Below, in pieces: positions 27,119 through 36,483 of a stretch of DNA of 49,318 nt; position 1 is the first letter of the stretch, and each line of letters opens with the position of its first letter. The notes under the pieces are model-generated. The model searched no databases, was not told the DNA's origin, and worked only from the letters and a program-made list of their open reading frames with translations. A program made the translations under genes and the position numbers. The stretch is from a virus (Duplodnaviria; Caudoviricetes). The stretch covers positions 1 to 49,318 of the IMG/VR virus record IMGVR_UViG_3300030372_004173; one strand, 5' to 3'.

Positions 27119-29601
27119 ACTTCGCTCCAACGATTTCCGATGTCGGCTTCTGCCGTATAGTCGAGAAGGGGGTTCTTCTTCCGTCGTCGATTCATTACGC
27201 CCTCTAAAATCTTAGCCGCCTCTTCCGCCTTATCTTCGGGCACCTCAAGGTAAAGCGCGTCGTGGCCATGGTTGATCAGCCATTCGACTGGAATAGTCTT
27301 TCCAGTAGGGTCGATGGCTTCTGTAGAAAACCATGGACGTTTTCCATAGATAAGCTCGATCATCCCCTCGTTTACTATGACAGCCCCCCCTGACTGGATG
27401 GGGTGATTGACAAGCTCGTTGATCTTATCCTCGTTTCGAAAGTACCGACGCCGGTCCCAGAGAGAATCTCCGATGAAACCCTCTCGCCTGTATCTCCCCT
27501 CGATCATTCGCCACCACTTTGGGATTTCAGGATCGGCTTTCTTTAGGCCATGGACAACCTGGCGCACGTCCTCAACTGTAAGGTGGGCATAGAGGAGGTT
27601 GCCTTGGTCATCCTCAACTGAACAAATCTGTTCGTGGATTCTCTTAGTAGAAGCTGCGTACTGCCACGCGTATCGAGTGTTCTTAGTAATATCTCGCGTA
27701 GCTTTAAAAGTGCCCTTCCCCTTTTCTCTCCTTTCTTTGGGCGCTCCTTCCAAGCTCCAAATTCCCTTACCGTACACAACTTCCATTGTTTCGTTGTGGG
27801 GATCGAGACCCTCTCGAATGACGCGCAAAGAGTGTTTAGCCTGGGCCTCTTCTACAATTAGCCTCAACTCAAGCTGGTCCATATCCGCACCGATAAGAAC
27901 GCAACCTTCTCGGGCAACGTAGATATCACGGAGGGTGTAAGGAATGTTCTGGGCATTTGGGTTGCTGGAAGAGTACCGTCCTGTCGCGGGTAGACGATTG
28001 TACGAAGGGTGGATTCTTGTAATCTGCTTCTCGATTAAAGGACGAACGTAAGTGCCCAGAAGCTTTGATACTTTTCGATAAGACCTCACAGATCTTAGAA
28101 ACTCAACTTTCTCTTCAGAAAGGCCGTAGTGGACAATCATCGTCCGGAGAGTTTCATCGTCTGTAGAAGGGTCTCCTGTTTTCTCAGAGTAGTGATGGGG
28201 GGACAGGTTCCATTCTTTAAAAAGAAGCTGTGCCATCTGGCGTGTGCTTTGGGGATTAAAGCTTTCCCCAGCAATCTCCTTGCAGGCTTTTAGTTGTTTC
28301 TTGGCCTCGAGGTCTAGCCGGAACAAGTGTTCCTGAGCACGCTCCTGATCTACTTCAATGCCATTACGCTGCATCGTAGTGCCCAGGTGTTGTAAGGTGT
28401 GTTCACGAGGCAACAGGTGCATCTGGCTTCGCTTCTTCACATCTTGGGCAAGAGGCTTTGCAATCCTCGCAGTAACACAAACATCTTTCCCGCAGTAAAT
28501 GTGGAGTTCTTCGTCCGTCTTCGCCTCAACTGCGGTATGGTCTGCTTTCCAAGCTTCTGGGTTATCAGTATAAAAGGAACCCACGAAACCAAGATTATGG
28601 GGAAGTTCGTTGTCTGCTAAGAGATGGAGTAGGATGGTGTCACAGGATAGATTGGGAGTGATCCCTGTCCATTGCTCCATGACGAGTCGATCATATTGCC
28701 CTGCATTGTGTCCCAGGACAGGGATTCCCGGCTCCTGGAAGAAGGTTCGGAATATCTTCTTCAGCGCAGCTTGCTGTTCTGGGGACGCAAGAGGTCTGCC
28801 AACGATGCTTTCGATCTCGACAACGAGAGCCTCGTCCTCCGTCCCTAAGCCGACACAGCGGACGTTTGCAGTAAGCGGATCAATACCGTCAGTCTCAAGG
28901 TCATAGGCAACGAACTTCCCCTCTTCCTGCCACTTCTTCAAATAAGCAGAAACCACTTCGGGCTCATTGGTCCGAGTTATTTTAGGCTCCGGCCAGTTTA
29001 ATTTAGAGTCAAAATATCTCAGTGCCTTCCTCAAATCGTGGAAGAAAACTTCTCGGTATGCTGGCTGACGCATGACCCAAGCAGGGTGCATCGTGTATCC
29101 AACCTTTAAAGTTATGTTTGGATCCCAGGGAGCAGGTAGTTCTTCACACCCACCTCGGATCTTCATTACAGATACGTCTTTCTGTCGGATCGCTCGGGCC
29201 GCTTCCTTGCCCAGGCAGATAATCTTATGGATTCCTGTGGCTTGGAGTTCCCGGTACAGTCGACCCCGACAAGCCTCGGCGGGTTTAAGGGCTCGTTCCT
29301 CTTCACTCTTCCCTTTGTTCCTCCTGGATATCTGAATGTTAGTGGCTTCCAAATCATTCTTGGGAGGACGGCAGCAAATCGCATTCGTCAGGTGACATGA
29401 AAATCTCTTGAGGTCCAAGCGGTCGAGCGCTCGCTGAAGCTCCACACCCCCTGGGCCTACAAAAGGGCGCCCCTCTACAGTCTCATGTATTCCAGGAAAG
29501 TCTCCAATAATGATCACTTGATCATTTGAGTGAATCTCTGGACCTACAGGATCACCAGTTCCGCTGTGTCGCAGCGGACATTTTGAACAAAAGGTAGACA
29601 T
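27115..29601 (-). CDS. polA: Family A DNA polymerase with N-terminal family-4 uracil-DNA-glycosylase-like domain and 3'-5' exonuclease
   Basis: UDG part: CSKC, GDFPG..E...GRPFVG, TNAICCRPP, HPA. Exonuclease: YDLET, HNAGQYD, YCGKD. Polymerase: TGRYSSSNPNAQNIP, DMDQLELR, RDITKNTRY, NHPIQS, HDAL. Confidence 0.93.
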   Translation of the reverse strand: MSTFCSKCPLRHSGTGDPVGPEIHSNDQVIIIGDFPGIHETVEGRPFVGPGGVELQRALDRLDLKRFSCHLTNAICCRPPKNDLEATNIQISRRNKGKSEEERALKPAEACRGRLYRELQATGIHKIICLGKEAARAIRQKDVSVMKIRGGCEELPAPWDPNITLKVGYTMHPAWVMRQPAYREVFFHDLRKALRYFDSKLNWPEPKITRTNEPEVVSAYLKKWQEEGKFVAYDLETDGIDPLTANVRCVGLGTEDEALVVEIESIVGRPLASPEQQAALKKIFRTFFQEPGIPVLGHNAGQYDRLVMEQWTGITPNLSCDTILLHLLADNELPHNLGFVGSFYTDNPEAWKADHTAVEAKTDEELHIYCGKDVCVTARIAKPLAQDVKKRSQMHLLPREHTLQHLGTTMQRNGIEVDQERAQEHLFRLDLEAKKQLKACKEIAGESFNPQSTRQMAQLLFKEWNLSPHHYSEKTGDPSTDDETLRTMIVHYGLSEEKVEFLRSVRSYRKVSKLLGTYVRPLIEKQITRIHPSYNRLPATGRYSSSNPNAQNIPYTLRDIYVAREGCVLIGADMDQLELRLIVEEAQAKHSLRVIREGLDPHNETMEVVYGKGIWSLEGAPKERREKGKGTFKATRDITKNTRYAWQYAASTKRIHEQICSVEDDQGNLLYAHLTVEDVRQVVHGLKKADPEIPKWWRMIEGRYRREGFIGDSLWDRRRYFRNEDKINELVNHPIQSGGAVIVNEGMIELIYGKRPWFSTEAIDPTGKTIPVEWLINHGHDALYLEVPEDKAEEAAKILEGVMNRRRKKNPLLDYTAEADIGNRWSEV

Positions 29602-29611
29602 GGTGTTGGGC

Positions 29612-29865
29612 TAAAAAGTGGAGACGGCGGGGGCTGGTACAAAATCCACCGGGCGGATTCCCATTATGGTTTGAGTCCCACCGTCTCCGGGAAAGGGAGG
29701 GCCGCTACCCAAGTTTACTGAACACCCAAATTAATTATTAATTGGAGGGCAGCGACCCATAAAATTAAGGCATCTATTTGACCACGGACATGCCTTCCTG
29801 CTCCGCCGTACTCGCACTAAAAGGACCAACCCAGAAAGAAATCCTCCTCTGTGCGCAAGTCAGTA
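29612..29865 (-). ncRNA. Array of four structured RNA stem-loops between ssb and polA
   Basis: Stems at 29620-29688, 29699-29758, 29767-29796 and 29810-29860. Plus-strand mismatches become G-U pairs on the minus strand. Confidence 0.55.
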
Positions 29866-30396
29866 TTAGTCAAGGAGGTAATCAAATCCCTCGTCGTCAC
29901 TGACGGGAGATTCAGGTAGCGCAGCGCCAGCCCCGTTGGGCGTGGGTGCGGTTTCTACTTTAGGCGCCTCAGCCTTAATAGTAGCTCCTTTGACCTGGTC
30001 GTACTGGAACTTCTGCATAAAGCGGTACTCGGGATAACTACCCTCAGTGGGTTGTCCGTTCTGTCCCATAGTGGGGGCCGTATACTTGAAGTGTACTTTC
30101 TTGTTTACAAGCTTGTGGAAGGGAAACTTCACACGAGAAGTAAGCTTGCTCTCATCCACACCGGCAGCGACCAAGAATCCCATGATAAAAGGAACAGCTT
30201 TGTCTACAAGAGAAAAGCTCTCTCTGTGACGAATGCCATCCGTAGCCATGTATACGTAGAGGCGGTTCGACTCTTCGTAGTGTTTAAACTCCAGGATGGT
30301 AGCTTCGTGTAATCCGCTAGTCAGGTAGCCAATACCACTCCCACCCGCTGGGGTCTTGCCAGTAAAATCCAACTCAATGACAACATCGTTGCTCAT
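29866..30396 (-). CDS. Single-stranded DNA-binding protein (DUF669-like)
   Basis: OB-fold-like N-terminus (GLHEATI), acidic aromatic tail DDEGFDYLLD; follows the Sak4-like gene. Confidence 0.65.
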   Translation of the reverse strand: MSNDVVIELDFTGKTPAGGSGIGYLTSGLHEATILEFKHYEESNRLYVYMATDGIRHRESFSLVDKAVPFIMGFLVAAGVDESKLTSRVKFPFHKLVNKKVHFKYTAPTMGQNGQPTEGSYPEYRFMQKFQYDQVKGATIKAEAPKVETAPTPNGAGAALPESPVSDDEGFDYLLD

Positions 30397-30447
30397 TTTC
30401 TATTCTCCTTGCCCATCTGGGCACTGTTATTCACACACATTGTGAGG

Positions 30448-30510
30448 GGGTTGGGGCCGGAGGAGAGTGAAGAGAAAAGGACAAGAAATCTCCCACTCTT
30501 CCCCCAACCC
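30448..30510 (-). ncRNA. Candidate anti-RBS small RNA hairpin
   Basis: Stems GGGUUGGGG/CCCCAACCC and AGAGUGGGAGA/UCUCUUCACUCU. The apical loop UUUCUUGUCCUUU is the exact complement of the leader AAAGGACAAGAAA (43371-43383). Confidence 0.55.
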
Positions 30511-30511
30511 A

Positions 30512-31468
30512 CTAAACGAATAATCCATCTTCTTCTGCGGGCATTGAAAAAGCTCTCAATGCTTCTACTTCTGTGTAGTGCCGGAGGATGGCACGGTGCA
30601 GTCCGTCTTGGAGTGCCCAGCGTAGGTGTTCAAGACGCTTCTTGTCTTTAAGCTGCGCTGACACTTTCTGGAGTACCTCGGGCCAGTCTTCAATGCCCTG
30701 TTCCAGAATCTTGTCAGATACTTTCTGGGCGACATCACCGATCCACTCCAAGCCTTTGGGATATGCAATCTGGTATCCTGCTGCCCGGAGTCCTTCTGCA
30801 ATGTTCATGGGAGACATGCCTGGGAATACAGACAATCGATCTCCGGACATATAGTCTGGCTGGGGGCGGAAACAAAGCTGGTACTTCCACGGCGCAGCGG
30901 TAGGCTCATACATTGCTCGGCCAATCACGTCGACCATGCCACTAAACTTTTCTGGAAGCTGACCGGGCAGTGAAGGACCACCGCGAACGAACTTACCGCT
31001 GCTTTGACGTGGCGGCTGCTCATGGCAGTTAAAGATTACGACGATCCCCATCGCTGTAGCGGCACGGGCTGAATCCCGGCAGGCGAGAACATCGCGGGTA
31101 AGAGCAGACCACATACCAGCACGGCCTTTGGTAGATTCATAGGCGTTGATGGTGGTCTCTACCATAAGAGAGAAGTCGTCGATAACAATAGAAGGCGGGC
31201 ACTTCTTAGGATCTGAAATCGCATCATTGATGACTTGGGTTGCCTCGGGCACAGTCATGGCCTTAGCAACATTCATACCCTCGATCCCTAAGAATCTCTG
31301 GGCTGAGAGAAGACCGGAGGGGTCTCCGATGAAAAGCCCACAGGCTCCCGCCGCTGCTGACGCGACAGTCTTTCCTGCTTTACTCGGGCCGTAGAGGCAG
31401 ATGAATACGCCCCCAGAAGGCGGACGGCCTCCGCCATTGGAGCCATTAGCTCCAGCTTTACTAGACAT
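30512..31468 (-). CDS. Sak4/AAA_24-like recombination ATPase
   Basis: LYGPSKAGKT, SIVIDDFS, FNCHE, GPSLPGQ...VDVIG motifs; adjacent to the SSB and nuclease genes. Confidence 0.75.
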   Translation of the reverse strand: MSSKAGANGSNGGGRPPSGGVFICLYGPSKAGKTVASAAAGACGLFIGDPSGLLSAQRFLGIEGMNVAKAMTVPEATQVINDAISDPKKCPPSIVIDDFSLMVETTINAYESTKGRAGMWSALTRDVLACRDSARAATAMGIVVIFNCHEQPPRQSSGKFVRGGPSLPGQLPEKFSGMVDVIGRAMYEPTAAPWKYQLCFRPQPDYMSGDRLSVFPGMSPMNIAEGLRAAGYQIAYPKGLEWIGDVAQKVSDKILEQGIEDWPEVLQKVSAQLKDKKRLEHLRWALQDGLHRAILRHYTEVEALRAFSMPAEEDGLFV

Positions 31469-31505
31469 TGATTTCTCCAAACACACACTTGTTTATTGAG
31501 GGAAG

Positions 31506-31697
31506 CTAACACACTGGTTTTTTCTGAGTCAATTGAATGACGTCGATAATTTGATCTATGATTTCTAATTTACTGATCTCTTCAGGAGTCTTCTCGTCCG
31601 GACCCTGTTTGATCATGTCTTCCAATTCCCTACCAAAGAAATGGAGGGCTTCGAGAACAGTAGGTATTTCATCTTCTGTAAGTTTGAGGAGGATCAT
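31506..31697 (-). CDS. Hypothetical protein
   Basis: 63 aa, TAATG-coupled to the nuclease gene. Confidence 0.55.
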   Translation of the reverse strand: MILLKLTEDEIPTVLEALHFFGRELEDMIKQGPDEKTPEEISKLEIIDQIIDVIQLTQKKPVC

Positions 31698-32506
31698 TAC
31701 TCACCCCCAAAGCGGCACAGGTTGTAGGCATCACACTGTCCGTACTTGCCGTAGCAGACTTGGTTGGTCAGGGTCATCGGCCACTCTCGGGGCTCTTTTC
31801 CCTGCCAGGTTTCTACTCTCCGTTCGGCTTCAACAAGGGACGGCACAAAGTCTTTGAGAGCAGCAGGTGCAGGCTCAATGGGCCGACGATCAAAGTCATA
31901 TTTCGGAGACGCTTTGATGCGATTGAGGATGACCCCCGCAAATCTCTCACCGTATTTCGCGTGTCCAAACATTTGATAGCCAATGAACTGGCCGTCCAAA
32001 GTGTATTGACGTAGAGTCTTTGAGACAATGCGGTATGCGGTTTTATGATCGACGATCCAGACCTTGCCGTCCGGGTCTTCCACAATGAGATCCGCCCTCT
32101 GAGTGTATAGATATTTCCCAGATACTTTCGCCCGTAATTCGTATTCGACCTCAAGAACTCTCCAAGATTCGTGGAGCCAATTGTTGATGTAGGCAGTGCA
32201 GACATCAATGGCTAAAGGAACAAGCTTTTCCCAAAGTGGAGAAGAGTTTGATTCTTCTCGGGCCAAAGCTTGAATGGCATCCTCATAGGTGTACCACTGT
32301 TCCGTGTTCCCACCCAACTGCTTTTCTTTCATACGTTGATAGTGGTGGGCCAGCCCTACATGAATCAGAGAACCACGAGCGAGGGGCTCAGAAATCTGTC
32401 TCTCCACTAAACCCGAGTGCTCCCAGGCATACAACCTTGGGCACCTCATTACGCTTTCTATCCGATGCCACCCCCTCTCGGATGGCCCTGAATTAATGAG
32501 CTTCAT
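31697..32506 (-). CDS. PD-(D/E)XK Cas4/RecB-like exonuclease
   Basis: CPR...GSLIH, E.E, RADLIV..., IVDHKT, Q...Y, and C-terminal C...C.....C (Fe-S staple pattern). Confidence 0.85.
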   Translation of the reverse strand: MKLINSGPSERGWHRIESVMRCPRLYAWEHSGLVERQISEPLARGSLIHVGLAHHYQRMKEKQLGGNTEQWYTYEDAIQALAREESNSSPLWEKLVPLAIDVCTAYINNWLHESWRVLEVEYELRAKVSGKYLYTQRADLIVEDPDGKVWIVDHKTAYRIVSKTLRQYTLDGQFIGYQMFGHAKYGERFAGVILNRIKASPKYDFDRRPIEPAPAALKDFVPSLVEAERRVETWQGKEPREWPMTLTNQVCYGKYGQCDAYNLCRFGGE

Positions 32507-32524
32507 TGTTTTGTCCTTTCTCCT

Positions 32525-32552
32525 ACTATAGCTTGTCTGTCATATGATGCAA
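32525..32552 (-). promoter_or_regulatory. Putative sigma70-type promoter
   Basis: Minus strand TTGCAT-N16-TATAGT just upstream of the nuclease RBS. Confidence 0.4.
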
Positions 32553-32562
32553 CACTAATATG

Positions 32563-34176
32563 TCAGGTGGGTGTCAACTGAGCTACACGAGCGAGCAAAG
32601 ATGCCATACCTTCTGACGATTCATCTACGCCCCCAAGCACTCCCTCGATCTCATCGGCAGCAGCGTCTTCTGCAATCTCTCCAACGTGTGGCAGCTTCTC
32701 CAACAGCAGGTCCGACACATGCTCATCGGCTGTGTTCCGAGCAACAACGTAGGAGACTAGCACTGGTCTCTTCTGCCCGAGTCGAGAGAAGCGGCCCTCC
32801 CACTGGATTATCTTATCTGGAGTCCAGGGAAGCATAGTGATGAGTGCGAGATCAGTGTCTTGTAAGTCTACACTCTCACCCCAGGCGTCACCCGTTCCGA
32901 TGAGGAGGCACGGTCCAGGATGGGCCATGTACTCGTGCCTGATTCGGTCACGTTCAGTCGGGTCAACGCCTCCGTGTGCTGCCCAAACAGAGCAGCCTTT
33001 TATATTCTGGACTGCCTTGTCGAGTCGGGAAGACAAGCGGTCACAGTCATTACGTCGGGCTGTGAAGACAACTACCTTCTGGTCGGAAGATAAAGCTTCA
33101 AGTACCCGGTCCTGGATGTAGTCATGCTTCCGAGAAGCAGCTTCCATAAGCAGGGTTTCAAAGTAGGATTCTCCTCCCTCCTTCTGTGCCCGTTTGATGT
33201 CCCGCTTCATCGCCGCTGGCTTGTTCTGTTCGGCGTGGGACAGGCGTACAACCTGCCTTCTTTTCTTGGGCAAATGGCGGTTGACCTCATCCCGCTTAAC
33301 CCTTACCTTCACATACGAAAGGCGCTCTTTCAACTCGGGGGCATTGGTCACACCATTGTATTGGTAGCCATACCCGTTGTGCATTCCCTGGCAGTACCGC
33401 ATTCCAAACTGATGGAAAGTGCCCCACTGCCACGGCTCTACCAAATCTAGTTGAGTCCAGAGATCTTTCACCCTTCCAGGGATTGGGGTCGCAGTCATTC
33501 CAAGCTTTCGGTGGGCTCTCCCCGCCACTTTGCGAGCCGAGTCTAAGCTGTTCCCGAGTCCCTCAAATTGTATAGAACCGTCACGGCGAACAATCGCCTT
33601 GGTATGTTTAGGGCGGCGTAGCCAATGGATCTCATCCCAGACAACCGATGTGGGCTCAAGTGCGACCAGAGCATCTGCCCAGTACTTCAAAGTCTCCCAG
33701 GCTGTAATGTAGAGGCAGGTTCGGTCGCTCTTGAGTCCTTTCGGTGGTGTCTGCCCGGTAAGGAGAACAGGCTTCAAGGTTGTGTATTGCTCACACTGTT
33801 CGGCCCAAGTCCCCCGAGCGGCAGCCTTCGTAACCACGAGCTTGATACCTGGGGAGGAGACGAGGAAGACAAGACCGACGAGTGTCTTCCCGGCACCTGG
33901 TGGGGCCCACACATGGGTTCCTGGAATAGCCAAGGACTTAGCAAGCATCCTCTTCTGGTGCTGCTTCATAAAGTCCGTAAGTCCTTCTCTCAAAAGAGGA
34001 TTCCGTAAAGAAGCTTCGACTTGTGTAAGGTCAATGATGGGCGGCTCAGTAATTAAGCCTAAAACTGAATGGGCATTCAGTGGAATACGATACCCCCCTC
34101 CGTGCTTGTTGGGCCAGACTCCTGGGATCTCCAAGCCGAGCGAGGGCACCGAACGTCTGTGAACGAACGGTTTCAT
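32563..34176 (-). CDS. SNF2-like superfamily 2 helicase
   Basis: PGAGKT, WDEIH, MTATP, GESVDLQ and QWEGRFSRLGQ motifs. Confidence 0.88.
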   Translation of the reverse strand: MKPFVHRRSVPSLGLEIPGVWPNKHGGGYRIPLNAHSVLGLITEPPIIDLTQVEASLRNPLLREGLTDFMKQHQKRMLAKSLAIPGTHVWAPPGAGKTLVGLVFLVSSPGIKLVVTKAAARGTWAEQCEQYTTLKPVLLTGQTPPKGLKSDRTCLYITAWETLKYWADALVALEPTSVVWDEIHWLRRPKHTKAIVRRDGSIQFEGLGNSLDSARKVAGRAHRKLGMTATPIPGRVKDLWTQLDLVEPWQWGTFHQFGMRYCQGMHNGYGYQYNGVTNAPELKERLSYVKVRVKRDEVNRHLPKKRRQVVRLSHAEQNKPAAMKRDIKRAQKEGGESYFETLLMEAASRKHDYIQDRVLEALSSDQKVVVFTARRNDCDRLSSRLDKAVQNIKGCSVWAAHGGVDPTERDRIRHEYMAHPGPCLLIGTGDAWGESVDLQDTDLALITMLPWTPDKIIQWEGRFSRLGQKRPVLVSYVVARNTADEHVSDLLLEKLPHVGEIAEDAAADEIEGVLGGVDESSEGMASLLARVAQLTPT

Positions 34177-34187
34177 GTTGTGTCCTT

Positions 34188-36434
34188 TTATTTTTCTGGG
34201 CTAATGCTAATTACATTCTCTGATTTTGTTTCTACGCTTGGCGATGGGAGTCCGAGGTAGCAGTAAATTCCCTGGCCTCCGAGTACGATTCGCTTGACTG
34301 CGACTGCTCCCATCTGCTGGAAGCAAAGCCTAAGATTCATTTCCTGGTAGACATCCCTCCGACCGTGCCGCTCACACCAAGTCTTGTAAGAACCGTAGAG
34401 TAGTTCGCATGAGACTGCGCGGTGGGTTGCTGCGCTTGTCACCTGGGCAAACTCGGGACCGGCTGGGTAGTCGGTGATGAGAGAGGCAGGGCCATACTGA
34501 AGAACCAATCTTACAAAGTGTTCGATGGAAGAACGGGACGCGGCTTGCAGGAGGAGACGCGCCTTGGTCTCGTGTGGCTTGGCGATGAGAGAGTAGTCCA
34601 CCTTCAGGGCATGGAGCGCATGAGCAAAGGCTGAGACTTCCTCGGCAAAGTCTTTCGTGTACTTGCCCAGTGATGGGTCGAAGCATTTGGAAAGCATCTT
34701 TCTATATTCTGGGTCTACCTTCTCAGGCACCAGGACGGTGAAGCGACGGTCGTCTTCCTCCACCATGAGGGGTCGTCTCTCATTAGACGTAAGCCACCAG
34801 GTCATACGATTCTGTACTTCTGTCCGGGCTGCGTAGGGGGCGCGGCAGGGTACGCGATCGTCAGTGATGTAGGCTTTGAGCGCTGCTGTGACGTCTCCGT
34901 CCTTACCTCCGATTCCTACTTCGTCTGCCAGCACCAAGAGTTTAGTGACGTAGCTCGCGTTGAAGGAGTCCTTCAGTGCCCGATTGGATACGATGGCTGA
35001 GTTCCTTTCCCCAATAATGTGGGCCAGGATTCTGCCGTACATAGATTTACCGATTCCCTGTTGGGGAGATAGGCAAAGTACGGCGACCATTGAACGGCGT
35101 TCAGGGCGTTGGACTACGGAAGCACTCCAGTGCAGCAGCCAGTTCATCACGCTGGCGTCTCCGGAAGAGAGAACCTCCAACATCTTTTCTATTCTGGGCC
35201 AAGCTCCTTTACTGGGCTCGACCTCGGGCTTCGCATAGAGGTTTAGCATTGGGCCAATGTGGTTGGGCACGATGGCTCCTCGGGATGAGTCGCATTCAAA
35301 TCCATAAACCTGGCGGGACAAGATGTGATCGACCAGGGCCTGGACATGCTTGCCCGACAGGTCTCCACTCAGTTTACCTACGAGGTGGTGGACGATTGTC
35401 TCTTTGCGGAGTGGCGTCTGAATCTGCCAAGCTCCTGTCTCCCGCCGGTAGAAGACACCCTGCGGGAAGTTGAAGCACAGGTTGGTCTCCACATACTGGA
35501 TCATAGAATCTGGGATCTCTCCGAGGAGTTCCTTTCGTCCTGCGGCTGACCGAGTGGACGCCTTCTTTTTCTTCTCCTTCTTGTTGCCCAACCAGAATTG
35601 TTTCTGCTCGTGGTCGTGATTGTCGCTCGTGCATTGAAGGAACACGCGTCCGTCTTTGCACACTCGGAGGAAAGCACTTCCAAAAGATGCGCCCCCTTGG
35701 AATGGGCAAGCGCATTTGTATTTATCTGGGCCCTCTTCAATTAGGGCAGCGACGTCTGCTGTCTCCCCGGAAGAAGAGATTACAAGAACCGTTTCTGGAG
35801 TAAGGACAAGCCCGCCTTCAGCGTCGTCTTTCTGTTCAGTCATCAATGAATCCACACACAAGGGAGGCAAAGATAACTCAAGATAGCTTTCGTAGGAAGC
35901 GCCAGTTCGTCTCACAGGGAGAGCATAATGGCGGGCATAGTCTTCGCACTGAGTATCAACGCCGTCTGTGTAGCCTATCAAAGATAGGACTGCTTCTCTC
36001 GTAGACTTGACTTCTTTTATTTTAAGAGGACGGGACAGGAAGATGACCACTCGATAGCGCGGAGCCTCATCCGTGTGAGACCAGGTTGTATAAACTCCGT
36101 TGGCTATGCCCAGAGTATTGAGGTGTGTAGCCATGCGGGCGGCAGACCAGTCGGGGTCATCGTAGTCGAACACCACAGCACTAATCTTGGCTACGTTCTT
36201 GTTCGCTCGTGTCTTCCCTTCTGGGTAGAGGGCTGGGCTCCAACAGTCTAGTTTCTTTTTATTGAAAGCAGCAGCACGCCATGGGGGCTGGGCGAACAGG
36301 CGGCGCAGCACTGCCTCTTCCTTGACAACCACACTGGACGGACGTACAGTAGTGAAGCCGCCCTTGAACATAGAAATGTGCCAAGGCAAAATACCTTCAG
36401 CAAGTGAAGCTTTCTTCTTATCCATTAGCTTCAT
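34188..36434 (-). CDS. Primase-helicase (AEP-like primase plus SF3/DUF5906-type helicase)
   Basis: FDYDD, YTTWSH, RYRVVIFLSRP primase motifs; Cys/His cluster; QGIGKS, LADEV, TSN, DRRF helicase motifs. Start placed at the ATG after AAGGAG (36434). Confidence 0.85.
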   Translation of the reverse strand: MKLMDKKKASLAEGILPWHISMFKGGFTTVRPSSVVVKEEAVLRRLFAQPPWRAAAFNKKKLDCWSPALYPEGKTRANKNVAKISAVVFDYDDPDWSAARMATHLNTLGIANGVYTTWSHTDEAPRYRVVIFLSRPLKIKEVKSTREAVLSLIGYTDGVDTQCEDYARHYALPVRRTGASYESYLELSLPPLCVDSLMTEQKDDAEGGLVLTPETVLVISSSGETADVAALIEEGPDKYKCACPFQGGASFGSAFLRVCKDGRVFLQCTSDNHDHEQKQFWLGNKKEKKKKASTRSAAGRKELLGEIPDSMIQYVETNLCFNFPQGVFYRRETGAWQIQTPLRKETIVHHLVGKLSGDLSGKHVQALVDHILSRQVYGFECDSSRGAIVPNHIGPMLNLYAKPEVEPSKGAWPRIEKMLEVLSSGDASVMNWLLHWSASVVQRPERRSMVAVLCLSPQQGIGKSMYGRILAHIIGERNSAIVSNRALKDSFNASYVTKLLVLADEVGIGGKDGDVTAALKAYITDDRVPCRAPYAARTEVQNRMTWWLTSNERRPLMVEEDDRRFTVLVPEKVDPEYRKMLSKCFDPSLGKYTKDFAEEVSAFAHALHALKVDYSLIAKPHETKARLLLQAASRSSIEHFVRLVLQYGPASLITDYPAGPEFAQVTSAATHRAVSCELLYGSYKTWCERHGRRDVYQEMNLRLCFQQMGAVAVKRIVLGGQGIYCYLGLPSPSVETKSENVISISPEK

Positions 36435-36483
36435 TCTCCTTGGACCCCGGAGTGAATGTGACCTCGCTCCGGGGTTCTTTGTC

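Noticed and set aside
29612-29865. tRNA or CRISPR mini-array reading of the hairpins
   Set aside because: No cloverleaf with T-loop and CCA, and no repeated identical unit.
31697-32506. Cas4-like nuclease as a sign of CRISPR-Cas
   Set aside because: No repeat-spacer array or other cas genes are present; this is the usual recombination nuclease beside Sak4 and SSB.
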